A stretch of DNA of 58,954 nt from a virus (IMGVR_UViG_3300038436_000160:1-58954); one strand, 5' to 3'; positions 18,988-29,227 are shown, numbered from the stretch's first letter. A program made the numbers and translations. Notes: a model not told the origin generated them from the letters alone.

Positions 18988-19704
18988 ATGACACAGAATA
19001 AAGCTTATTGGTCATCCATCGCACAAAATTACGACACTGTCGTCAAAGAAACAGGAGATCAGTCTCAGCAGCTTATAATCAATCCTATCGTTCAAGAATT
19101 ACTCGGTGACCTTCAAGGAAAAGTTGTTCTCGATGCTGGCTGTGGGAATGGTTATTGGACTCGCCGAATCTCCGAAACCGCTCAGAGAGTGGTTGGAGTA
19201 GATTTTACTGAAGAGCTTATTGAAAGGGCTAGATCGAGAGGAGTTCCTAAAAATGCCGAGTTCATTATTGGCAATCTAGAAAGACTACTCTTAGCAAAAA
19301 ACACGTTTGATGTGGCTTTAATGAGCATGGTGCTTCTGGATCTCGAGGATCTATCGACTCCTATCGCTGAAGTTGCGAGGGTAACCAGACCAGAGGGATG
19401 TATTATTGTTAGCACCACCCACCCATGTTTTGAAAATCCACCTTATACTCGTTCACTAAGGGATGATAATGGAAATAAAACCGGTAGAGTGATTACGAAT
19501 TATTTTGCAACAGGCTTAGTCAAAGATGAAGTTAACAGCTATCAACATTGGCATTACAAAATATCAGATATTATCAATACTTTTGCCACGAATAGGTTAT
19601 TCGTAGAAAAAATGGTTGAGCCTACCAGTAATGGAGTTATGAAAAATGGTGGACCTGATCACTTTCCTTATTTTTTAATTATAAGATTTAGAAAGATAGT
19701 GTAG
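18988..19704 (+). CDS. Class I SAM-dependent methyltransferase (cargo)
   Basis: VLDAGCGNG, GVDFTEELI, FDVA, HPCF. Confidence 0.9.
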   Translation: MTQNKAYWSSIAQNYDTVVKETGDQSQQLIINPIVQELLGDLQGKVVLDAGCGNGYWTRRISETAQRVVGVDFTEELIERARSRGVPKNAEFIIGNLERLLLAKNTFDVALMSMVLLDLEDLSTPIAEVARVTRPEGCIIVSTTHPCFENPPYTRSLRDDNGNKTGRVITNYFATGLVKDEVNSYQHWHYKISDIINTFATNRLFVEKMVEPTSNGVMKNGGPDHFPYFLIIRFRKIV

Positions 19705-19719
19705 GGATACGGTTTATTA

Positions 19720-21519
19720 TTACCTTCCGTTGAGCTTAGTAGCCAACGCTTCTTGCTCGTTATACAAGGTTTTGTCTTGATCAACCATTTTCTGCTCAGC
19801 TCCAGTGAGCCACTGATTGGCCTCCATCCTTGAAACAATTGCTGATATATTCCCAATTCTTACTGCAATGATTTCACTCATCCTATCAACATCAGTTTTG
19901 TTATCTTGATAGAAGTTGGAATTATCTTTGAGGCTGTTCCATCCTGGCTGTATCTCTCTAAGTCTTGTGAGACTAGTTTTCCATGAATCAATATCTGCTT
20001 GCTTATAGTTAGGTGGAACATATCCGGCAAAGTGCTGCACAATAACTTGAGTTGGGCACCCATTAATTTCGCCTTCAACTTCAGAAATACCTACTTCTTG
20101 ATATGTTTTATCTGTTAAAAATTTCTTGGACTCTGGAAATTGAAATTGATTGTCTATGAGTTCTCCTGCTTCGTAGTACCCTTGAGTAGGGGCTTCACCC
20201 CAAACTGTATTTGAGTAACCAGCATCTCTCATGGACTTGGACATGGTATAGCCGCTTTCGGTTGCTTCAAATGAAAAATCATCAAATTTAAGAATTATTT
20301 CACCTCTCTTACTGGCCGAAGTTTCAAGTTTCGGCTGATACTTAAGTTCTTTAGCTCCAGCTTCTTTTCGCTTCTCATTAAGCAACTGCAAATATTTGTC
20401 TTTGTCTAGTTTAATTTTTGACTTTTCATCAAAATCGTTAGCAGTATCTCGCCAGGCATTATCAAGGGTCCCTGTTTGATTTTTTAGAGGCAGTACATGG
20501 TTAATTGCACTTATTTCTATAAATCCTATTTCTCGGGAGTCACCACTTCCTTTGCGGTTATCACCCATAACAAATATTGAATTTTCAGGGACTGTAACTT
20601 TGGTGCATTCGCTAAGGAATGTTTCCCCAAAAGTTGATCTTGGTTGTGCAGTGTAGGATTCTTTCAAGGGCTCACCGTTTAAATAAACAATCCCTTCACG
20701 AAGCTCAATAGTGTCTCCCGGCATTCCTACCACTCTTTTAACCCAGCCAGAAGGATCGCCATATATATTCTTTGTCATTTCTCTGATTTTGTCGTTTTCT
20801 ATTACGACGATGTCGCCTCGACCGATTTCATAGCCGAAGTAACGTCTTCCTGCAATTACAAGCCCGTTTGGATAACGCATCATTCCAGGAGTACCAACGA
20901 TCTGTTTTGCCAGTTCTTTTGGATCCTTACCCTCACCTTTAGGAAAGGTGGGAAACATAGAACCAGTACCAGATATCGTTATAAACTCAGTGCCATAGCC
21001 AAGAGCTTGTTGAACTGTTACTGCCGCCACAGCGTAGCCGCCAATCCAGATTGGGAGCATTACGAGTGTGATCGCTGCAGCTAATGCGAATCGTCCCAAT
21101 ACTCGTTTTGGGTGCAGGGATTTAAGTAACCCTTTTATTCCAGAGTGTTTGACCCTCTTGATCAACTGCAGGGGTTTTAAGATGTGGTTGAGTAGGTAGA
21201 GAGGAAAAATTGCCAGTACAAAAAACAACCTAATGAGAAACAGCAACGGATTCTGTTTTTGTTTTGACCTCGATATTAACAGCGATGCAAGCGCAAATAT
21301 TCCAACAAGAAACGCCAAACTCCCCAATAAAATTAGCCCTAGGAGAGAAAAAGCAAATATTTCAGGGGCATTATCAAAAAGTTCCTTCCTGATCAGCAAG
21401 ACGTAGCCAAAAATGGATACAACTCCTATGACACAAGCTGCCCAAATTAGAAATGATATCTTTGTAACACTTAACAGATATTTATGCTCTGCCTGTCCTG
21501 CAGGCTTTTCTTTATTCAT
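19720..21519 (-). CDS. Multi-TM signal peptidase I (S26) fused to a CAP/SCP-like domain
   Basis: GSMFPT, VKRVVGMPGD and GDNRKGSGDSR, then LNEKRKEAGAKELKYQPKL..WGE..EVGI..VQHF. Confidence 0.85.
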   Translation of the reverse strand: MNKEKPAGQAEHKYLLSVTKISFLIWAACVIGVVSIFGYVLLIRKELFDNAPEIFAFSLLGLILLGSLAFLVGIFALASLLISRSKQKQNPLLFLIRLFFVLAIFPLYLLNHILKPLQLIKRVKHSGIKGLLKSLHPKRVLGRFALAAAITLVMLPIWIGGYAVAAVTVQQALGYGTEFITISGTGSMFPTFPKGEGKDPKELAKQIVGTPGMMRYPNGLVIAGRRYFGYEIGRGDIVVIENDKIREMTKNIYGDPSGWVKRVVGMPGDTIELREGIVYLNGEPLKESYTAQPRSTFGETFLSECTKVTVPENSIFVMGDNRKGSGDSREIGFIEISAINHVLPLKNQTGTLDNAWRDTANDFDEKSKIKLDKDKYLQLLNEKRKEAGAKELKYQPKLETSASKRGEIILKFDDFSFEATESGYTMSKSMRDAGYSNTVWGEAPTQGYYEAGELIDNQFQFPESKKFLTDKTYQEVGISEVEGEINGCPTQVIVQHFAGYVPPNYKQADIDSWKTSLTRLREIQPGWNSLKDNSNFYQDNKTDVDRMSEIIAVRIGNISAIVSRMEANQWLTGAEQKMVDQDKTLYNEQEALATKLNGR

Positions 21520-21566
21520 ACTATTAAGTAAATTATATCGAACTTGAGTTAAAATGGCATTGTCGT

Positions 21567-22070
21567 ATGATCAAACCATTTATGAATCAAAGTGAAGATA
21601 ACACATATAAGTATTTTTTTAGGACAAAACACGTAATTAACAGGGTGTCAGAGACGAATATGAAAACTCCTGATTTTGAGGGTGAAAACGTTTTAGTCGA
21701 AGTTAAACAAATTTCTCCCGATGAAGTTGAAGGTTTAAGTAATGATTCTACGTATAACGCCATCAAAAATAATCTTCGTGATGCCGCCAGAAAATTTCGG
21801 GCTTATGACTCGAGTCATTCAAAAAGACATATCGTAGTGATTTACTCTGATGAAATTGTTAGAAACGATATTTATAGTGTATGGACTGGAGAATGGTCAC
21901 CAGAACATAAAGATAGAATTTTTAAAGGTGGTATGCTCCTCTCAAGTAACCACAAACAACATATCGATGGCATAGCCTGGTTCAAGAAGACCACTGACAA
22001 AGCTCCCGCTTATGTGTGGGCAGCAATTGAGGATATAAGGCAATATTTCCCCGAAATAAGCAATGAATAA
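21567..22070 (+). CDS. PD-(D/E)XK-fold protein
   Basis: KTPDF..VLVEVKQI. Confidence 0.6.
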   Translation: MIKPFMNQSEDNTYKYFFRTKHVINRVSETNMKTPDFEGENVLVEVKQISPDEVEGLSNDSTYNAIKNNLRDAARKFRAYDSSHSKRHIVVIYSDEIVRNDIYSVWTGEWSPEHKDRIFKGGMLLSSNHKQHIDGIAWFKKTTDKAPAYVWAAIEDIRQYFPEISNE

Positions 22071-22146
22071 TTTAGTAAAAAGTTTTATAATTGAACTGGT
22101 ATGAACTGCCCAATAAGTACCGCTCAACTGACTATTTTTGATAACT

Positions 22147-25100
22147 ATGAAAATGAAGTACCAATGGAGAAGATATTGGAGTCCGCCAGAAGGCAGAATA
22201 AGCCTTGCTGATGATGGTTTCCTTGACGATCCCTCTGAGAAATTTGGCAAAATCGTTAACCCTGACCTCGTTGAATTAAATACTCCTGATGACACTGGTT
22301 GTTTGGTAATGCTTGGTGAACCAGGTATTGGCAAAAGTGTGGAGATAGAAAATCTGTTTCAGTCTACGCTGTCCAAACACAGTGCAGACCACGTGCTCAT
22401 GATTGATCTTAGGAATATCCCCACACCGGAAATTTTTCGCGATGAACTTACGGGTGATGCTCGCTATCAAAATTGGGCAACCAATGGAGAGCCGCTTTAT
22501 TTATTCTTGGATAGTTTTGATGAAGGAATGACTTCATCTTCTTTTAAGTCATTTGCTAAATATTTTTACACTTTACTTTCTCGGTACCCAGACAAACTTT
22601 CAAAACTTTATCTTCGTGTTTCGTGCCGCACAGCTCTTTGGCAATCATATTTTGAAAATGACCTCAAGCGATTGTGGAGTACCGGAGATACTTTTCGGAA
22701 ATATGAGCTGTGTCCACTCATTAAAAGCGATGTTGAGAGCGCTTTAGAAGCTCGAGGGATCGATAAAGGACAATTTTTAAAGGACTTGCGAGCTAAGGAA
22801 GTCGTGGGGCTCGCAGGGAAACCACTTACCCTAAATCTCCTAATGGATGTTTATCAACGTGATGGCCAGTTTCCTGAGATGAAAAGTCAGATTTACTCTC
22901 AAGGGTGTGACCTCTTGATTCAGGAGCAAGATCCAGCAAAAAAGAATGATCCAACTGCGAGACCCACTCTCACGCTTGCTCAAAAGATTGCAGTAGCTGA
23001 AAGGATAGCTGCTGCAACAGTCATTGGTGGTAAACCAACAGTTGATCTAGATGGGGAGCTTGGAGAAGGAGAAATAGGATTATCTCAACTTCATGGCAAA
23101 GAATATGTTGACGAGATTCCTGTAGCTGTAGGCGATCAACAAATTCTGGAGGTATTAAATACGGGACTCTTTTCTTCGAGAGGTAATGGCAAAATGGGCT
23201 GGGCCCATCAAACCTACGGAGAGTTTCTGGCTGCAAGATATATCTTTAGACACAAACTCGATTGGCAGCAGACTCAAAGCTTGCTCTTCCATGATCCACT
23301 CAAGATTGGTACTTTTCAAGTTGTACCACAGTTGTATGAGGTTAGCGCATGGATAGCTAGTCTAGATCCATCTTTTTTTGATAACGCTGTTCAGCTTGAT
23401 CCTGAATTTTTGTTGTTGAGTGATGCAAATGTCATTACGGACCTTCAAAAGCAAGGTCTTACCGGACGTTTACTGGTCAAGCTTGATAAGGGAGAATTAT
23501 TCGACCGACGGGAAATCTATAACACCACTAACTACAAAAAGTTGAATTATCCAGGTCTTGGCGAGCAATTGAAACCATATATTGCTGATAACACAAAAGG
23601 TGTTGTTGTCAGAAGAGCCGCCACAGAAATTGCGCTAGCTTGTGCAGTAATCGACTTAGAAGATACTCTTATCAAAATTGCCTTAGACGAATCTGATGAA
23701 TTATCAGTACGTGTATGGGCGATTATAGCTATTGCCAACTTCGGCTCCGACAAATCAAGGGAGAGTATTAAACCACTCATAACCTCAGGCTTCGAAAATG
23801 ATCCGGAAGACGAGCTAAAGGGAGTTGTCCTTAGGGCATTGTGGCCAAAACACATCAGTATAGATGAAGTCCTCTCTTTACTTACACCACCTAAAAAACG
23901 AAGTCTCCACGGCACATATCATGGCTTTATGGGTGAAGATCTTGCCTCATCACTTCGTTCTGAAGATGTAATCCCCGGTTTGGAATGGATAGAAAAGAAT
24001 GTTGATAAGGCTCGAGATCTCGAATACTCCCAAAGAAAGTTGGTTGACGCCATTATGCTCAAGGCATGGGAGCATGCATCTGCTCCTGGGGTACTTGAGA
24101 AGTTTTCCAGCATAGCTTACGACCGGTTGAAAGAATATGAAGAGATAGTTGGAGAAAGAGCTTTAAGCGAAGATATTGCTACCAAGTTCCAGGGAATGCT
24201 AGACGCTCAAGTTGAAGATCGTCACAACTTGATCAAAAAGTTAGTTCGCCTCACGCTAGAAAACGATACTTCTTCAGGAAGGAAGGGATATATTCTTCTC
24301 CACCATAACAACGTGAGAATCGTTACACCTCAAGATATTCCCTGGTTGGTTGATTGGTTGTTGTCAGAAAAAGACGAAGAGACGCAAAAAGTTATTTCTG
24401 AAGTAGTCATGCGAGTTCTGGATGTCCACAGCGTGTCTCAGATTGACCTTGTCTTTCATGCCCGAGAGAAAAACAAATATTTGAAGGAGGACACTCATTT
24501 TTGGTTCCAAACTATAGAGCTCGCTTCTGAATCGGCAAAAACTCAACGAGAGCAATGGGAAGAGCAACAGAGCTGGCAAACAAAGGTTGAAAAAGACGAA
24601 AAAGAAGAAATACTGAAAACACTCTCACTAGAGAGAATCATGGGTCTACTAGAAAAAGTTGAAGGGGGTGATCTCGATTCTTGGTGGCAATTACATAACA
24701 ATCTTTGTATGTATCGTCACGAGTTGGAGGAGGATGACATTCGAGAGTTGCCAGGGTGGAAAATATTGAGTGAAGATCAACAAAAGAAACTTATTGAGTA
24801 TGGGAAAGCTTATCTAGAGAAAATGGAGTCCAAGCCAGAAATGTGGCTCGGGCAAGGTAAAATCTATTATCCTGCACTCGCTGGCTATAGAGCCATTAAG
24901 GCATACTACAGAGAGGAACCACAGTATATTGAAGACCAGGGTGCGGATTTTTGGAAACGCTGGGCGCCGATCACGCTCGGGTTTCCACTTGTCTCCAATG
25001 ACCCTGAAAATGGCAAGCTAATCGCTCTTGCTTATAAGAATGCTCCTGAGAAAGTGCTTTCAACTTTAAGTGTTTTGATTGATGATGAGGCTCAAAAGTA

Positions 25101-26361
25101 TAACGGCCTGTTTATCAATGATTTGCTCGAAGATTCTCTGGATCCAAAACTGAGCCAATTTTTACTAGAGAAAGCCAAGCAAGAAGGTTTTAGTCCGAAA
25201 GCTGCCGGCGAGATTGTTAGATTTTTATTGAGTCATGGAGATCCAGCCACTAAAGAATATGTGAAATCTTTAATCTCGATTCCTCTACCCGAAGATGAGG
25301 AGAAGAGAAACGAAATACTATCAGCCGCTGCTTCCCTAATGTGGAATGCTGACCTCAATGATTGGGAGTTTCTTTGGGGCTTAATGCAGAAAGATAACGA
25401 TTTTGCTAGGGCATTGGTTATCAGAGCCAATGACAGCCCACTAAGAGGCTCGACTGTACTGCAAAGCATGAGCGAACCGTTACTTGCTGATTTATATATT
25501 TGGCTCACCAGGGAGTTTCCACCTGAGAAATATACCCGACCCGAAGGCGTTCATACGGTTACACCACAAATTTCAATTGGCGATTGGCGTGATTCTACTT
25601 TGCGAGTGCTAATGGATAAAGGTACAGCCGAGGCTTGCCGTCAGATTGAACGGGTTGCTGCTATTTTTCCTCAGCATAAGTGGCTCCAACAATACACTCT
25701 TGTGGAAACACGCAGGATTGCCTTACAAAAAACCTGGCATCCACCAGCAGTAGACCAGATATTTAAATTGGTTGAAAACCATGAATTAAGGTTGGTAAAT
25801 AGCCCTGATGAATTGATGGATATTGTTATTGGTTCACTGAAGCGGCTAGAGAGTAAACTCCAAAGAGGTGAACATCCTCAAGCTATTAATCTTTGGAATG
25901 AAAAGCGACCCAAAGATGAAAATCGACTATCTGACTATGTCAAAGTCCATCTTGAAGAGGATTTGAAAAACAAGGGCATTATTGTAAACCGGGAAGTTGA
26001 AATCAAACGTGGGAATAAAACCGACATCCACATAAGCGTGTACGGTCGAGACCACCTAGGAAGGCCAACCGGAGACCCCATGAAAGTCACTATTGAGACT
26101 AAGGGCTGCTGGCATCCAGAACTAGACACTGCTATGGAGTCTCAGCTTGTTGGGCAGTATCTTTCCACAGATGTTTGCCGTCATGGCATTTATTTGATTG
26201 GTTGGTTTGTATGCGATGCCTGGACTGATCGGAAAAATCAAAAGGTTCCGTCTATAGACATCGTTGAAGCGAAAAAACAATTTGATGAGCAAGCCCAAGA
26301 AGTATCTACAAAAACTTCTTACAGAATTGAACCTTTTGTCTTGGATGCAAGGTTAAGGTGA
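22147..26361 (+). CDS. STAND/NACHT NTPase with HEAT-like repeats and C-terminal PD-(D/E)XK nuclease (NLR/Avs-like defence)
   Basis: GEPGIGKS, LFLDSFDE, VSCR, KPLTL, WAHQTYGEFLAA; C-terminal NREVE..KTDI..IETKG. Confidence 0.8.
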   Translation: MKMKYQWRRYWSPPEGRISLADDGFLDDPSEKFGKIVNPDLVELNTPDDTGCLVMLGEPGIGKSVEIENLFQSTLSKHSADHVLMIDLRNIPTPEIFRDELTGDARYQNWATNGEPLYLFLDSFDEGMTSSSFKSFAKYFYTLLSRYPDKLSKLYLRVSCRTALWQSYFENDLKRLWSTGDTFRKYELCPLIKSDVESALEARGIDKGQFLKDLRAKEVVGLAGKPLTLNLLMDVYQRDGQFPEMKSQIYSQGCDLLIQEQDPAKKNDPTARPTLTLAQKIAVAERIAAATVIGGKPTVDLDGELGEGEIGLSQLHGKEYVDEIPVAVGDQQILEVLNTGLFSSRGNGKMGWAHQTYGEFLAARYIFRHKLDWQQTQSLLFHDPLKIGTFQVVPQLYEVSAWIASLDPSFFDNAVQLDPEFLLLSDANVITDLQKQGLTGRLLVKLDKGELFDRREIYNTTNYKKLNYPGLGEQLKPYIADNTKGVVVRRAATEIALACAVIDLEDTLIKIALDESDELSVRVWAIIAIANFGSDKSRESIKPLITSGFENDPEDELKGVVLRALWPKHISIDEVLSLLTPPKKRSLHGTYHGFMGEDLASSLRSEDVIPGLEWIEKNVDKARDLEYSQRKLVDAIMLKAWEHASAPGVLEKFSSIAYDRLKEYEEIVGERALSEDIATKFQGMLDAQVEDRHNLIKKLVRLTLENDTSSGRKGYILLHHNNVRIVTPQDIPWLVDWLLSEKDEETQKVISEVVMRVLDVHSVSQIDLVFHAREKNKYLKEDTHFWFQTIELASESAKTQREQWEEQQSWQTKVEKDEKEEILKTLSLERIMGLLEKVEGGDLDSWWQLHNNLCMYRHELEEDDIRELPGWKILSEDQQKKLIEYGKAYLEKMESKPEMWLGQGKIYYPALAGYRAIKAYYREEPQYIEDQGADFWKRWAPITLGFPLVSNDPENGKLIALAYKNAPEKVLSTLSVLIDDEAQKYNGLFINDLLEDSLDPKLSQFLLEKAKQEGFSPKAAGEIVRFLLSHGDPATKEYVKSLISIPLPEDEEKRNEILSAAASLMWNADLNDWEFLWGLMQKDNDFARALVIRANDSPLRGSTVLQSMSEPLLADLYIWLTREFPPEKYTRPEGVHTVTPQISIGDWRDSTLRVLMDKGTAEACRQIERVAAIFPQHKWLQQYTLVETRRIALQKTWHPPAVDQIFKLVENHELRLVNSPDELMDIVIGSLKRLESKLQRGEHPQAINLWNEKRPKDENRLSDYVKVHLEEDLKNKGIIVNREVEIKRGNKTDIHISVYGRDHLGRPTGDPMKVTIETKGCWHPELDTAMESQLVGQYLSTDVCRHGIYLIGWFVCDAWTDRKNQKVPSIDIVEAKKQFDEQAQEVSTKTSYRIEPFVLDARLR

Positions 26362-26364
26362 ATT

Positions 26365-26622
26365 TTATTTGAAAGAATTATAGCAGTCGTTGGTGAGTTT
26401 TGTTTCATCATCAACAAGCTTATTCCACTGCTCTGATCCGAAATCAGTTATTCCCAATTCTTTTTTGCCTATTTCCAGATAAGCAACTCCAAGTTCTGCA
26501 CAATTTTTAGGAGCATCCTTACGCCCAATTTGAAAACCGATGAATAGAGCCGTGATAGCAAGAACAGCAGTTATTAATATTGCCGTAGACATTCTTATTT
26601 TTCTTACTTCCTTTACGTTCAT
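26365..26622 (-). CDS. Small membrane-anchored protein
   Basis: Likely start MNVKEVRK behind TTGACT-16-TATAAT; N-terminal TM; two Cys. Confidence 0.6.
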   Translation of the reverse strand: MNVKEVRKIRMSTAILITAVLAITALFIGFQIGRKDAPKNCAELGVAYLEIGKKELGITDFGSEQWNKLVDDETKLTNDCYNSFK

Positions 26623-26774
26623 ATCTTTAATTATATTAATTAGTTGACACAAGTCAAATCTAGAAAGAGATGAGGAGGTAGACATAACTACAAAGTAGAC
26701 TTGATGTGCCTACCTCCTCGGTTTGCCAGCTCTTAGATGGATGTTACTTGACTATCTGGGAGAACCAGTAGCGA

Positions 26775-27164
26775 TTACTGGACCCAAACGTACAGGTATG
26801 CTTCGACATTGCCGGGACCGCCTGCACTCCATGTGTCCGTGAATCCGGTGCAGATGTAAGCATCTGACGCCGTTTCGAGTTGATACCCGATCACAGATTT
26901 ACCACTGAAGGCGCTTGCGACAGTTCCGTTTGATGCATTGAGGCGGTAGTCTTCGGGGTCTGCGCTGAAGGTCTTCACGAGTTCGAACCCGTAATCGTTC
27001 CAGTCGCAGTTTGCGTACCCCATTCCCATCGAGTCTAGCGAATACCGCCAGGCATTGGGATTGTCCGCCCATTCGACGGGTTGATCGTTGGCGAGTGCAA
27101 CACCAACGATTGTGAGCATTGCCACTGCTGTCAGCAGTAGGGCCGCAATCAGCTTACGCTTCAT
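26775..27164 (-). CDS. Secreted protein (moron)
   Basis: Signal peptide ending VALA; AAAGGAG SD; visibly GC-richer than its flanks. Confidence 0.75.
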   Translation of the reverse strand: MKRKLIAALLLTAVAMLTIVGVALANDQPVEWADNPNAWRYSLDSMGMGYANCDWNDYGFELVKTFSADPEDYRLNASNGTVASAFSGKSVIGYQLETASDAYICTGFTDTWSAGGPGNVEAYLYVWVQ

Positions 27165-27183
27165 CTAACACTCTCCTTTGAGC

Positions 27184-27233
27184 TGTTAAAGAGCTGGCAT
27201 ATTTAGAATAAACAACTATGTATGAATTGTAAA
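27184..27233 (-). promoter_or_regulatory. Sigma70 promoter plus boxA
   Basis: TTTACA-17-TATTCT (27233-27205), then GCTCTTTAACA (27194-27184). Confidence 0.65.
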
Positions 27234-27253
27234 GAATATCTTACTAATATGAA

Positions 27254-29143
27254 TTATTGCTGTATCATTTTCCCTAACCCTGGAATCTTGCTGATAAGCT
27301 CTCTAATTTTGTTTTGGTTGGCCACAGGTGGCGTACTACTCGTTTGAGCGGGCAAAGTATCGCTAGAAGGCGCCACAGGGGTCACAATCTCGTCATTTAA
27401 CGGTTCTTCCTCTTTAGCTTCTTGAGATTGAGTAATTTCGGGACCAAGGAGAATATCGACATATTGATCAAGATCTAACTCCTCCAGAATCATTTTTTGC
27501 AAGGCACGCTTGCGGATTAGCCAACGTTTTACATCGGCAGTACTGTTGGGATCCGGTTTATCTTGGGCAATAAATTTGTCGTAAAGAAGCAATATCTGGT
27601 TAAGTCGGGCTTGTTTATCCGGAGGAATGACTGGCTCAACTTCAACAATTGCATCTACCTGGATTTTCTTATCTTCAGATTTAAACTCTTTGAAGTCGAC
27701 ATTGTTGCCAACAATGCGATAGAGTTTGTCTTCACCTATAAACTCACGGTTTAGTTGAATAAGGATGTTAGCCACTATTGTCAGGGCATTCGAAATGTTT
27801 TGAGCATTCATGCTTAGTCTGAGGTTGCTTTGACCCAATAGCATTGCCACCTTACCAAGTGGTTCACCTGATGATTGTGGAAGTCCTTGTAAGTATTCAC
27901 CGAGTGCAAGTGTTCTGGAGATTTCGTCTCGAAGAAGTTTGTCTTCATTCACACCCATTAGACTTATATCAGGTGGTCGCTCGATTACCACATCATCCAT
28001 TTTTCTGAGTTCCCATACAGCTCCCGGTGAGAAAATGATGTCATTCTTGGTTATACCAGTATCTTTCCGAATCTTTACTACTGGATCCAACATCAGCACT
28101 ACGTCATCCATTCTTTGGTTACGGAGATCTGCAATTTCCATAATGGTGCTTTCAACAGGTTCGACGTGACCGGTTGCCCAAAACTCCCAAAGCAGTGACA
28201 TATCAGGGAGGTCTACAAAAATGTGTCCGTTATTGACATCAAGGTAGGGATTTTCGTCATCTCGAATAACTACTTCACCGTTCGCAATAACTATCAGTTG
28301 ATCTTCTTCATAGTCCCAGCACTCCCAGAGCTCCAATTGTTTTTCCTGGTCGTTTTTAACAGGCAAAACTTTTTGTTCTCCGGTTTCTGGTTTTTTGATG
28401 TCACCATCGATTTGAGACATCTTTTTGGTGTTGATTTCATAGCGCTCTTTCTTCCAGTCCTCAACAACTTTTGGTTCACAAAACTCTAAGTTCTTATATA
28501 TTTTGTTCTCACCCCGGTTTTCTTCTTCTTTTGTGATCTTTTCCTTTGGCTTTACAATGCGGTGAATAAGCCACGGACATCCTTCCTGCAAATCTTCAGT
28601 TTCCGGAGCAGGTAAAAAGTCCCACAGATCGCAGAGGATCATTGTCGGGTCGTCGTAAATAGTTTTTATTTTCCCGTCTGATCGTTTCCTGTTGATTATT
28701 TTCCAGGCAAGCTTAACTATTCCGTTCCCATATAAAACTGAAGATTCAATCCAGTTAGGCAACTTTCTTGCGAGCTCAATAATGTCAAAGTCATAGTTAA
28801 CCAAATCTGCCCAGGAGCCGAGGGCAGTTGATTGAATATCAGCTTTTTCTCTGGGAATGACTCTGGTCTTTCGCTTCGCAGTGGCAAGCCTTGATACAAC
28901 GGTTTTAACGATCTCAAAAGCGATCGGAGGCATTAGCCTGGTGTTGTACGCATAGTTTTGTTTGTGCTGATAGGCGCGGTAGAGGCGATACATCCGCAAC
29001 CACTTGGCTTGGTATGGATCACGGAATTCTTTTGCTCGCTTAAATCGGGCTTTCCACTTAGTCAGAAGTGCTGCGTCACGCTCTGAAGGCTGGTATCTGG
29101 CTACTTGGGTGATTTTTACTTCTTTTACTTCGGGTTTTGGCAT
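27254..29143 (-). CDS. Portal protein (P22/T7-like podoviral type)
   Basis: 629 aa; LYGNGIVKLAW, DFLPAP, ELWECW, RDDENPY, LRNQRMD. Confidence 0.85.
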   Translation of the reverse strand: MPKPEVKEVKITQVARYQPSERDAALLTKWKARFKRAKEFRDPYQAKWLRMYRLYRAYQHKQNYAYNTRLMPPIAFEIVKTVVSRLATAKRKTRVIPREKADIQSTALGSWADLVNYDFDIIELARKLPNWIESSVLYGNGIVKLAWKIINRKRSDGKIKTIYDDPTMILCDLWDFLPAPETEDLQEGCPWLIHRIVKPKEKITKEEENRGENKIYKNLEFCEPKVVEDWKKERYEINTKKMSQIDGDIKKPETGEQKVLPVKNDQEKQLELWECWDYEEDQLIVIANGEVVIRDDENPYLDVNNGHIFVDLPDMSLLWEFWATGHVEPVESTIMEIADLRNQRMDDVVLMLDPVVKIRKDTGITKNDIIFSPGAVWELRKMDDVVIERPPDISLMGVNEDKLLRDEISRTLALGEYLQGLPQSSGEPLGKVAMLLGQSNLRLSMNAQNISNALTIVANILIQLNREFIGEDKLYRIVGNNVDFKEFKSEDKKIQVDAIVEVEPVIPPDKQARLNQILLLYDKFIAQDKPDPNSTADVKRWLIRKRALQKMILEELDLDQYVDILLGPEITQSQEAKEEEPLNDEIVTPVAPSSDTLPAQTSSTPPVANQNKIRELISKIPGLGKMIQQ

Positions 29144-29158
29144 AATGATTTAGACAAC

Positions 29159-29227
29159 AAAAAAGGGGCTTGGGTTCATCTACTTTTGAAAAATAGAGAA
29201 ACCTAAGCCCCGATAGATTCGTTAGGC
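29159..29227 (-). promoter_or_regulatory. Leader attenuator 2, homologue of 18414-18491
   Basis: GCCUAACGAAUCUAUCGGGGCUU..AAGCCCC-UUUUUU directly upstream of the portal ATG. Confidence 0.75.
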
